Assembly (NCBI GenBank): GCA_964506785.1
Contig: CAZDME010000001.1
Span: 1 to 61,085 of the forward strand
DNA: 61,085 nucleotides
Origin: an uncultured bacterium
GTDB lineage: Bacteria > CAZDME01 > JAYEMH01
Direction: 5' to 3'
Shown here: in pieces, positions 16,659-24,705 of the stretch
How positions within the stretch are numbered: position 1 is the stretch's first letter
How the letters are laid out: every line of letters begins with the position of its first letter
Position numbers and translations under genes: made by a program
The notes under the pieces: model-generated
What the model was told of the DNA's origin: nothing
Database searches by the model: none
The model's input: the letters and a program-made list of their open reading frames with translations, nothing else

Positions 16659-16662
16659 AAAA

Positions 16663-17340
16663 ATGCTAAAATATTTATTGCTTGGATTAGCCGTTTTTTT
16701 ATCTGGCTGTGTTACCACCATGGGGGGAGAAGAGGTGGCTCGCTTGCAGTATGGATTGGGCCGGTTGAACAAGCAGACAAACGAAGCCTTAGAAAAAATA
16801 GAAAAGAAGGAAGAGTTTTTAGAAAATAAGTTAGCCGTTTTAGAAGACGAAGTTAAAGAGTTAAAAAATGAAATAGATGTTAATCGGCAAGCCCTCATAA
16901 AGATTGAGCCGGGAGTAGTTAGTGCCCAGGGCTGGCTTTTGCCTCAGGAAAAAGAAAGTCAATTATTCCAGACCGCTTATAGCGACTATCTCAAAGGGCA
17001 ATATTCCCTGGCGGTTATGGGTCTTCAGGAATATTTGCGTTTAAATCCCCAAGGGTCTCGGGCAGCCGAGGCAGAGTATTGGTTGGCAGAGTCATTTTTT
17101 AGCCAGAAGGATTTTAAATCGGCCGTTGAAGAGTTTGACAAATTAATTAAAAACCATCCCAAAAGCCGCTGGGCAGCTCCGGGGCTGTACAAAAAAGCCC
17201 TGGCCCTGGCCAAAGACGGAAAAGACGCTGATGCCCTGGTGATTGCCGAAGAAATTATTACCAAGTTTCCAAAAAGTGACGAAAGCAGATTAGCCGAGGA
17301 ATTAAAGAAGGAATTAGAGCCACAGATTCCCAAACCCTAA
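16663..17340 (+). CDS. Tol-Pal system protein YbgF/CpoB-like (coiled coil + TPR)
   Basis: ORF 16594-17340 trimmed to ATG 16663, which gives the lipoprotein-type signal LLGLAVFLSGC. Coiled coil followed by TPR repeats. Confidence 0.75.
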   Translation: MLKYLLLGLAVFLSGCVTTMGGEEVARLQYGLGRLNKQTNEALEKIEKKEEFLENKLAVLEDEVKELKNEIDVNRQALIKIEPGVVSAQGWLLPQEKESQLFQTAYSDYLKGQYSLAVMGLQEYLRLNPQGSRAAEAEYWLAESFFSQKDFKSAVEEFDKLIKNHPKSRWAAPGLYKKALALAKDGKDADALVIAEEIITKFPKSDESRLAEELKKELEPQIPKP

Positions 17341-17493
17341 CTCCTTAGGGATTTACCGGTTAAAGGCAATCCAGGTTTTCCTTGAAATAACCGGGTGTCT
17401 TGTTTCGGGCGAGACCTGCCTGCCGGCAGACAGTGAATTCTAAGGGGCTCCGGATTTGGGATTTTTGATAAACAAGGGAAGTCTCTAAAAAAG

Positions 17494-18126
17494 ATGGGTA
17501 TTTTGTCTGAATTCACCCACTTAAGAAAAGCTTTGGTTACTTCCCTAGCGGTGCATTTTTTTTTAATCTGCATAGCCGCAAGTTTGCCTTTTTTCAAGCG
17601 TCGGATTATTTATAGCGCCCCTCTTTTTGTTGATATCGTAAAGACGCCGCCTACACCTGCTAAAAAGACGCAGAAAAAGAAAAGCGTAGTTTATAAAAAG
17701 CCAAAAAAGAAAGAAGCTAAGAAAAAAATTCAAAAAAAGCCCAAGACAATAGTAAAAAAAAAGGAAGAAACACCAGAGGCTTCTGAAGAAAAGGTAGTTA
17801 AACCGGTTCCCAAAGGGAAGGTTTCAGTCGATGCGGCTAAATTCCCTTTTACTTATTACCTCAGTATTATTCAAAGTAAAATTACTGAAAATTGGGTTCC
17901 CCCGGGAGAAGACACAGGGGAAAAAGAGGTCATGCTTTATTTCCGGATTCTAAAAAACGGGGAAATAACTTTTCCTAAAATAGAGAAAACCTCAGGAAGT
18001 AAAGTCTTTGATCAATCAGCCTTACGAGCAGTTGCCCTTGCTACCCCCCTGCCTCCTCTACCGCCGGAATTTGATGAAAATTTTCTTGGGGTTCACTTTG
18101 GTTTCCATTTTGAAGGGGAAGGATAA
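17494..18126 (+). CDS. TolA/TonB-family energy transducer
   Basis: 210 aa. N-terminal TM helix, Lys/Pro-rich linker, TonB_C-like C-terminus. Located upstream of tolB. Confidence 0.7.
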   Translation: MGILSEFTHLRKALVTSLAVHFFLICIAASLPFFKRRIIYSAPLFVDIVKTPPTPAKKTQKKKSVVYKKPKKKEAKKKIQKKPKTIVKKKEETPEASEEKVVKPVPKGKVSVDAAKFPFTYYLSIIQSKITENWVPPGEDTGEKEVMLYFRILKNGEITFPKIEKTSGSKVFDQSALRAVALATPLPPLPPEFDENFLGVHFGFHFEGEG

Positions 18127-18155
18127 TATCACTACCTCAGCGGGAAAAGGGGAAA

Positions 18156-19448
18156 ATGAAAAAATTAGTTCTGGCAAGTTTGATTTTGATAGCGCTTACT
18201 CTATCGTCTGACCTTTGGGCGGTGGACGTTTACTTGAATATTGCTAAAGGCGTGGGCAGAAAGGTAAGGATTGCCCTTTCGCCTTTTGTGGATAAAAAAG
18301 GAGACGACCCGGACGAGCTTGGCGAAGATATTTCTCAAGTTGTTGAGGATGACCTTAGGCAATCCGGATACTTTTATCTGGTTACCCCGCAGGATTCCAT
18401 TCACCCGGAGATGAACCTTGATGAAAGGTTTGAAAAATTCAAAACTGCCGGAGCGGAAGTTATGGCCGACGGCAAATTTAGTGTTAACGACGAGAAAATA
18501 GTTTTTGAAGGCCGCCTGTATGATTTGTCTGACAGCCGGCAGATTACCGGCCGGGCTTATCGGGGGGAAAAAACAGGTTTCCGTCAGATTGCCCACCGTT
18601 TTTCCGACGAAATTGTCTATCGTTTTACCGGCGTTAAAGGCATTGCCCATACCAAAATTGCCTTTGTTCATCGGGAAGGGGGAAATAAGGAGCTGTATCT
18701 GGTGGATTATGACGGGTATAACTTGGAAAAACTTACCTTTGACTATTCCTTGGGACTTTTTCCCGCCTGGTCTCCAGACGGGAACAGCCTGGTTTATACT
18801 ACTTATAAAAAAGGCAATCCCGATCTTTACCTAATCGATTTCCAAAGGAAAAAGGTGAGTGAATTATTGGGTTTTCAGGGATTGAATATGGGGGCAGAAT
18901 TTTCGCCGAATGGGAAAGAGATAGCTTTGGTTTTGAGTAAAGACGGTAACCCGGAAATTTATCTCTATTCGGTAAAGCAAAAAAAACTCAAACGTTTGAC
19001 TTACTACCGCGGGGTTGATTCCGGGCCGAGTTGGTCTCCTAACGGCCGGGAAATCGCTTTTTCGTCTGACCGTTCCGGCACCCCCCAGATTTACATAATG
19101 GATAAAGAAGGAGGTAATCTTCGCCGGGTGAGCTTTACGGGCGGATATAATACCTCGCCTGATTGGTCTCCCCGGGGAGACCAGATTGTTTATGCCGGAA
19201 TGAAAGGGAAAATGTTCGATATTTATACGCTTAATGTTCATAGCCGAAAGACGGAGAAACTCACCGATAGTTTGTTTACCGGCGGCACCAATGAAGAGCC
19301 CTGCTGGTCGCCTGACGGAAGATACATCGCCTATAGCGCCACTCGGGGAGGAAAAAGAGAAATTTTTGTTATGGAGGCCTCCGGAGCCAATAAGCGAAAA
19401 TTGGCTGGCCTTCCTGGGGACTGTTTTAGCCCAGCCTGGTCGCCGTAA
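18156..19448 (+). CDS. tolB: Tol-Pal system beta-propeller protein TolB
   Basis: 430 aa with a signal peptide. Repeated WSPDG/WSPNG/WSPRG propeller motifs. Confidence 0.92.
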   Translation: MKKLVLASLILIALTLSSDLWAVDVYLNIAKGVGRKVRIALSPFVDKKGDDPDELGEDISQVVEDDLRQSGYFYLVTPQDSIHPEMNLDERFEKFKTAGAEVMADGKFSVNDEKIVFEGRLYDLSDSRQITGRAYRGEKTGFRQIAHRFSDEIVYRFTGVKGIAHTKIAFVHREGGNKELYLVDYDGYNLEKLTFDYSLGLFPAWSPDGNSLVYTTYKKGNPDLYLIDFQRKKVSELLGFQGLNMGAEFSPNGKEIALVLSKDGNPEIYLYSVKQKKLKRLTYYRGVDSGPSWSPNGREIAFSSDRSGTPQIYIMDKEGGNLRRVSFTGGYNTSPDWSPRGDQIVYAGMKGKMFDIYTLNVHSRKTEKLTDSLFTGGTNEEPCWSPDGRYIAYSATRGGKREIFVMEASGANKRKLAGLPGDCFSPAWSP

Positions 19449-19450
19449 TA

Positions 19451-19492
19451 AAAACAGTTTACAGTTAACAGTGGACAGTGAACAGTCGGCAG
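19451..19492 (+). repeat. family-C heptamer array (six units ending in CAG)
   Basis: aaaacag tttacag ttaacag tggacag tgaacag tcggcag. Confidence 0.9.
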
Positions 19493-19644
19493 AAAAACAC
19501 TGCATAATTCAGAAGATGTGTTTGTGCTAGAAAAAAATTTACTTTTTCGTTTATGCAATTTTGCCTTAGCCTGCCCCTGTGTGTCGGTAGGCAGTCCACA
19601 GAGAAAGATAAATAAAATTGCAATTGTTCTAATCATTCCCCCAT

Positions 19645-19673
19645 TTTTATCACACTTACGAAGTGTGATAAAA
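19645..19673. repeat. REP hairpin (dispersed copy, loop ACG)
   Basis: ttttatcacactt-acg-aagtgtgataaaa. Confidence 0.9.
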
Positions 19674-19693
19674 GAGTGATATTTTTTGCTTTC

Positions 19694-19744
19694 AACGAGA
19701 TGCCGGGCAACGGGATAACGTGATAACGATATAACGAGATGACG
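19694..19744 (+). repeat. family-B array
   Basis: aacg agatgccgggcaacg ggataacg tgataacg atataacg agatgacg. Confidence 0.8.
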
Positions 19745-19869
19745 GTGAAGGTGATAATAGGCAAAAAACGCTTGCATTTCTATATAGCATATGATAACAT
19801 GCTGATAATATCGGTTCTGGGGTATAAATCCTTACTAACATAATATATTGTATCCAAGGGGAGGGGTGA

Positions 19870-20502
19870 ATGTTCCATAATATCGCCGAGACATTCAGAT
19901 TTATTGCCAAGGGCGGAGTTTTAATGATTCCCATTATTTTCTGTTCAGTGCTCGCCCTGGCTATCATTATTGAACGCCTTTATTCTCTTCATCAAGCTCA
20001 AATCAACACCCAGGAATTTATGGCCCGCATCAGAGAGGTTCTGAAGAGAAATAAGATAATGGAAGCGATCCAAATTTGTGAAGATACCCCCGGGCCGATT
20101 GCCCAGATTCTTAAAGCCGGCATTCTTAAATACGACAGGGGAAAAGATGAGATTAAAGAAGCTATTGATGATGCCGGGCGGCACGAAGTGCCCCGGTTAG
20201 AAAAATATATGAATGTGCTTTCAACTGTTACTAACGTGGCTCCGCTTTTAGGTTTTTTAGGAACAGTTTCAGGGATGATTCGGGCTTTCATGCAAATACA
20301 GGAAAAAGGCGGAGTAGTTAACCCCGGCGATTTAGCCAATGGTATATGGGAGGCTTTACTAACTACCGCCGCAGGTTTAGCGGTGGCTATCCCGGTCCTG
20401 GTAGTTTATAACTATTTGGTGAGCCGGGTTGACGGTTTTGTCTTAGAGATGGAGAGAAGTTCCACGGATTTAGTGGAGATACTTTCTGATAAACCCCATT
20501 AG
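19870..20502 (+). CDS. MotA/TolQ/ExbB proton-channel protein (TolQ by context)
   Basis: 210 aa, three TM helices, family motif LGFLGTVSGMI. Confidence 0.88.
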   Translation: MFHNIAETFRFIAKGGVLMIPIIFCSVLALAIIIERLYSLHQAQINTQEFMARIREVLKRNKIMEAIQICEDTPGPIAQILKAGILKYDRGKDEIKEAIDDAGRHEVPRLEKYMNVLSTVTNVAPLLGFLGTVSGMIRAFMQIQEKGGVVNPGDLANGIWEALLTTAAGLAVAIPVLVVYNYLVSRVDGFVLEMERSSTDLVEILSDKPH

Positions 20503-20546
20503 AGAATTTATTTCTAACGGGGGGGTTCTCTAACGGGGTAAAAACT

Positions 20547-20951
20547 ATGAGATTCCGAAGACGAGCTAGGCTTTTAGGAGGGTTAACTAATACTACACCG
20601 CTGGTAGATGTTGTTTTTAACCTTTTACTTTTTTTTATGCTTTCCTCATCTTTTATCGTCCATTCGGGGATTAAGATTAAGCTGCCAGAGGCCTCGATAA
20701 AAGAAACCGAACGGGAGGCAAAATTAAATGTTACCATCACCCGCGACAATCGTATTTTTCTCAATGAACGGAGAGTGAATTTAAAAACGCTTCCCCAGAC
20801 GATGAAAGGTTTTATCACTACGGGAAAAGAAGAAATTCTTTTTATCAAGGCAGACGCTAATGTCCGCCACGGGTTAGTGGTTGAAGTGATGGATATTGCT
20901 AAAAGAGCCGGGGTTGAACGTTTAGCCATCGCGACTGAACCGAAAAGGTAA
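20547..20951 (+). CDS. ExbD/TolR biopolymer transport protein
   Basis: 134 aa. N-terminal TM helix (TPLVDVVFNLLLFFM), ExbD fold. Confidence 0.88.
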   Translation: MRFRRRARLLGGLTNTTPLVDVVFNLLLFFMLSSSFIVHSGIKIKLPEASIKETEREAKLNVTITRDNRIFLNERRVNLKTLPQTMKGFITTGKEEILFIKADANVRHGLVVEVMDIAKRAGVERLAIATEPKR

Positions 20952-20956
20952 AAGCA

Positions 20957-21556
20957 ATGTTTAAAAGGAAGCCGTCATTAAAAGGTGCTTTAATTGGTTC
21001 CTTTATCGCGCATTCTGCCGTCCTTATCTTGTTTTCCATCGCTACGGTCAAAGAATTTTATCCTCAGCCCAGATATCTTGAGGTTTCCTTAGGGGCTCCC
21101 AGGGGAATGAGATATGTGCATTCAACTTCTTTCCGCCCCATAGAGAGAGCTGCCTACCATCCAAAGGCCCGCATTCCCGCAAACTTTTTTTACCGGGTTA
21201 GGAAGGCTTCTTTAGAAATTGCCCTAACCCATCCCCAAGGAAACCCCGGAGTCTTGAAACCAGCCCGCCAGATAGACTCACCCCCCAGCTTATTTCTCGG
21301 CTCCTCTCGAGAGGCAGAGGATTGGACGGGGAATCAAGATATCTTGAAAATTTTACGTGTTGTCTCTCCCGAGTCTCAGTATTTGATGCAAAAGATTGCC
21401 ATTGAAAGAGAAGTGAAATTAAGGGTTCATCTTAGCCCTGACGGACGGGTGAGCTGGGTAGAAATGAATACATCTTCCGGGAATGCTTTACTGGACGGGT
21501 GGATAAAAAAGGAGATAGCCCGTTGGCAATTTATACCCTTATACCATCATGATTAA
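20957..21556 (+). CDS. TonB C-terminal-domain-like membrane protein
   Basis: 199 aa. N-terminal TM helix. The C-terminus resembles TonB_C (VKLRVHLSPDGRVSWVEMNTSSGNALLD). Confidence 0.5.
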   Translation: MFKRKPSLKGALIGSFIAHSAVLILFSIATVKEFYPQPRYLEVSLGAPRGMRYVHSTSFRPIERAAYHPKARIPANFFYRVRKASLEIALTHPQGNPGVLKPARQIDSPPSLFLGSSREAEDWTGNQDILKILRVVSPESQYLMQKIAIEREVKLRVHLSPDGRVSWVEMNTSSGNALLDGWIKKEIARWQFIPLYHHD

Positions 21557-21797
21557 ACTGCCGTTTTCAGTTGCCGTGGCCTTATATATTTTTCTTATCC
21601 TGGGAGTAATATTTAGTGTCTGGATATACAGCGAGGTGAGAAGAAAACTGCGAGCCTCGTCTTTTAAAAAAATATTATGGGAATGTCCAATCTGCACTAA
21701 GGTTTATTGGGTAGATTCAAGCAGGCAAATGTCACAATGTCCTCATTGCCAAAGTTTTAATAAAAAGAGCGATAAAGCGAACTTCAATCTCTCCTGA
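21549..21797 (+). CDS. small membrane-anchored zinc-ribbon protein
   Basis: 82 aa. One TM helix, then CPIC...CPHC. Overlaps the upstream ORF by 8 nt. Confidence 0.5.
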   Translation: MIKLPFSVAVALYIFLILGVIFSVWIYSEVRRKLRASSFKKILWECPICTKVYWVDSSRQMSQCPHCQSFNKKSDKANFNLS

Positions 21798-21847
21798 AGA
21801 CGTCAAGCTCTCCTTCTATGCCCCCGGGCAGTTAAGATTCTAACAAG

Positions 21848-22597
21848 ATGAAGAAGAAAAAAAATCAAACCACCTCCTTTTCGCTCTCTCGCAAGAGGCT
21901 GCGTGATCTTTCGTCTACCTCAGTCAATAAGCAAGAAGGCAGAGGAGTTACAGAAGTTCTTCTTAAGCTCCGAGAGGAAAAGAAAAAAAGCGAACAATAC
22001 CTTCAAACATTGCATCAACTTCTTTTAAGTATCGCCAGAGCCTTTGCCGCCGCCGTTGAAACTAAAGACCCTTATAGCAAAGGCCATAGCCAAAAGGTGA
22101 CCCAATATACCCTGGCGATTGCCAGGGAACTGCCGGCTTCTTTAAGAGAGAAATTTAGCGGCAACGCCCTGAGAGAGCTTCAATTGGCGGCTTTTCTACA
22201 TGATATCGGCAAAATTGCTATCAGAAATGATATTCTGGATAAAAATGGTCCTTTGAATGAAGATGAATGGAAAGAGATAAAAAAACATCCCCGCCTTGGC
22301 GCCGAGATTTTAGAGCCGATTAAAGAACTAAAGGAGGTAGCGCGCCATATTAAGCATCATCATGAACGGGTTGATGGAAAAGGCTATCCGGATGGACTTA
22401 AAGGAGAGGAAATTCCTTTAGCCTCTCGGATTATAGCCGTGGCAGATGCTTTTGAGGCAATGACGGCGGCGCGGCCTTACCGTGACAAAATGCCTCGCCG
22501 AAAAGCCATAGAGGAATTGAGGCGCTGTAGCGGACGGCAGTTTGATAAGCGTATTATCGAAGCTTTTACGCGCGCCTATAAAAAGAAAAAAGTTTAG
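21848..22597 (+). CDS. HD-GYP domain protein (putative c-di-GMP phosphodiesterase)
   Basis: 249 aa. Motifs FLHDIGK and HHERVDGKGYPDGL. Confidence 0.85.
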   Translation: MKKKKNQTTSFSLSRKRLRDLSSTSVNKQEGRGVTEVLLKLREEKKKSEQYLQTLHQLLLSIARAFAAAVETKDPYSKGHSQKVTQYTLAIARELPASLREKFSGNALRELQLAAFLHDIGKIAIRNDILDKNGPLNEDEWKEIKKHPRLGAEILEPIKELKEVARHIKHHHERVDGKGYPDGLKGEEIPLASRIIAVADAFEAMTAARPYRDKMPRRKAIEELRRCSGRQFDKRIIEAFTRAYKKKKV

Positions 22598-22655
22598 AAC
22601 TGACAGCGAAAAAACATAGTTTAAAAATTGAAACTTAATATGCGGGAGGAAAATA

Positions 22656-23684
22656 ATGAATGTTGGCGTGTTGACTGGCGGTGGTGATTGCCCTGGATTA
22701 AATGCGGTTATTAGGGCGGTGATTCGAAAAGGCCTTCAATTTAATTTCAAAACCGTTGGTTTTCGCCGCGGTTGGGCCGGAGTAATGGAGGGGGATTTTA
22801 TGCCCTTGACTTTAAATGATTCCTCCGGCATTTTAGCCCGCGGGGGAACTATTTTAGGCACTTCCCGGACCAATCCGTTTAAGGAAGAAGGCGGAGCGGA
22901 GAAAATCGGGGAATCCATAAAAAAATTTAATATCGGCGCTTTAATTGCCATCGGCGGTGACGATACCTTAGGAGTGGCCAATAAATTGTATAAAGAAAAG
23001 GGATTAAAGGTCATCGGCGTGCCTAAAACCATCGATAACGATTTATCGGCAACCGATTACACCTTTGGCTTTGATACGGCCGTAACTATTGCCACCGAAG
23101 CTGTTGACCGGTTGCATAGCACGGCTGAGTCTCACCAGCGGGTAATGATCGTTGAAGTAATGGGCAGGCATGCCGGCTGGATCGCCCTTTTCAGCGGGTT
23201 AGCCGGCGGGGCTGATTGTATTCTCATCCCAGAGAAACCTTTTGATGTTGACGAGGTGTGCCGGATAATCGCCAAAAGATATGCCCGGGGGAAAACTTTT
23301 AGTATTATTGTTGTCGCCGAGGGCTCTAAACCCAGGGGCATCCCAGAAATTACCAAGGATGACAGTATTGATGCTTTCGGACATATTCGGCTGGGAGGGA
23401 TCGGTAACTGGTTAAGCAAAGAAATTGAAAAAAAGACGCATTATGAAACCCGTGTCTCAATCTTAGGCCATACCCAAAGAGGAGGCTCACCTACGGCGTA
23501 TGACCGGATTTTGGCCACCCGTTTCGGAATTAAAGCGATGGAGTTGATTAAGGAAGGAAAATTCGGCCAGATGGCTAGCCTCCAGGGGAATGAAATAAAA
23601 AATGTAGCTTTGAGTGAAGCGGTAGCCAGTCCCAAGCTGGTCGATGATAAATGGTACCGTTTAGCCGAGGTATTTTTCGGGTAA
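22656..23684 (+). CDS. pfk: 6-phosphofructokinase, PPi-dependent signature
   Basis: 342 aa. Motifs GGGDCPGLNA, GGDDT, PKTIDND and MGRHAGW. Confidence 0.92.
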   Translation: MNVGVLTGGGDCPGLNAVIRAVIRKGLQFNFKTVGFRRGWAGVMEGDFMPLTLNDSSGILARGGTILGTSRTNPFKEEGGAEKIGESIKKFNIGALIAIGGDDTLGVANKLYKEKGLKVIGVPKTIDNDLSATDYTFGFDTAVTIATEAVDRLHSTAESHQRVMIVEVMGRHAGWIALFSGLAGGADCILIPEKPFDVDEVCRIIAKRYARGKTFSIIVVAEGSKPRGIPEITKDDSIDAFGHIRLGGIGNWLSKEIEKKTHYETRVSILGHTQRGGSPTAYDRILATRFGIKAMELIKEGKFGQMASLQGNEIKNVALSEAVASPKLVDDKWYRLAEVFFG

Positions 23685-23702
23685 AAGTTGATTCATCAAG
23701 GC

Positions 23703-23830
23703 AGACGGGAAAAGGGAAACGGTAGAAGGGAGACGGGAGATGAAAAAGAAGGGAGAAGAGAGATGGTAAACGGGAAAAGAAGGGAAACGGTAGAAGGGAG
23801 ACGGAAAATGGAAGATGAGAAAAAAAAGGA
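23703..23830 (+). repeat. family-F purine-rich heptamer array with a 23-nt direct repeat
   Basis: GGGAAACGGTAGAAGGGAGACGG occurs at 23714-23736 and 23782-23804. The whole leader reads as heptamers (acgggaa aagggaa acggtag aagggag acgggag ...). Confidence 0.8.
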
Positions 23831-23834
23831 AATT

Positions 23835-24704
23835 ATGTATGGGATGAAAGGTTTAGTATCGGCAGCGCTAATTGTATCTATTGGCCTCTTGGCTGGCTGC
23901 GGCCGGAAAGCAAAAGAAGTTGCAGCAGTAGTTAATGGAAAGAAAATTTTAGTTTCTGAATTTAAAGATAAACTTAGCCGGATGCCCGCTTATTTTCAGC
24001 AAAACGACATTCAGCGACGGAAATTTCTGGAAAGTCTCATTGACCGGGAAATTCTTCTGGCGGAAGCCAGGAGGAAAGGCTTGGCTAAAAACAAAGCAGT
24101 CAAGGATCGGCTGAATATTGCTTTAGACCAGATTTTAATCGAAGAATTGGTTAAAACGGCTGTTCCTGAAATAACAGTTAATGATGAAACGCTGCAAAGA
24201 TATTACGAGACTAATAAAGGTACCTTTATCGAGCCGGAAAAAGTTCGGGTAAGTCAAATTTTAATCCGTTCGGCTAAAGAGGGGGCGGATATTTTAAAGC
24301 AATTAAAAGAAGGGAAGGATTTTGAGGCTCTTGCCCGGACAAAGTCTATTAGCCCCGATGCCAGCCGAGGCGGAGATATTGGATTTTTCGGCCGCGGGGA
24401 GATGCTACCGGAATTTGAGAAAGCTGCGTTTAGTTTACAAAAAGGGGAAATTAGCAGTATCATTAAATCTCCCTTTGGCTACCATATCTTGAAAGTAACC
24501 GACAAGAAAGAAAAAGGGCAGAAAAGTTTTTCTGAAGCAAAGGAAGAGATTAAAGCAATTTTAAGGCAGAAACAGCAAAGAGAAGATTTGGATGCCTGGT
24601 TTAAAGAATTGAAAAAAAAGGCAAAGATTAAAATAAACGAGGAGTTTTTGGCCCCAAAGCCTGAAGATGAGAGTAAAGATACAGCCGGAGAGCAAAAGCA
24701 GTAA
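23835..24704 (+). CDS. parvulin-type peptidyl-prolyl isomerase lipoprotein (PpiC/PrsA-like)
   Basis: ORF 23688-24704 trimmed to ATG 23835, which gives the signal SIGLLAGC. Parvulin domain (GGDIGFFGRGEMLPEFE, FGYHILKV). Confidence 0.8.
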   Translation: MYGMKGLVSAALIVSIGLLAGCGRKAKEVAAVVNGKKILVSEFKDKLSRMPAYFQQNDIQRRKFLESLIDREILLAEARRKGLAKNKAVKDRLNIALDQILIEELVKTAVPEITVNDETLQRYYETNKGTFIEPEKVRVSQILIRSAKEGADILKQLKEGKDFEALARTKSISPDASRGGDIGFFGRGEMLPEFEKAAFSLQKGEISSIIKSPFGYHILKVTDKKEKGQKSFSEAKEEIKAILRQKQQREDLDAWFKELKKKAKIKINEEFLAPKPEDESKDTAGEQKQ

Positions 24705-24705
24705 A

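Noticed and set aside
18864-19505. Long antisense or alternative-frame ORFs inside clear genes, for example 18864-19505(-), 20387-20929(-), 46081-46548(-), 26585-26977(-), 53166-53375(-), 53714-53989(-), 52805-53011(+) and 57614-58012(-).
   Set aside because: These are shadow ORFs opposite or within strongly supported CDS (tolB, tolR, clpB, gatA, the K/E/A-rich gene, RHS). They have low-complexity or mirror composition and no independent signals.
19772-19800. Promoter for the tolQ-like gene (TTGCAT...TAACAT).
   Set aside because: The best -10 candidate matches only 4/6, and the alternative hexamers give 7-12-nt spacers. This is too weak to call.
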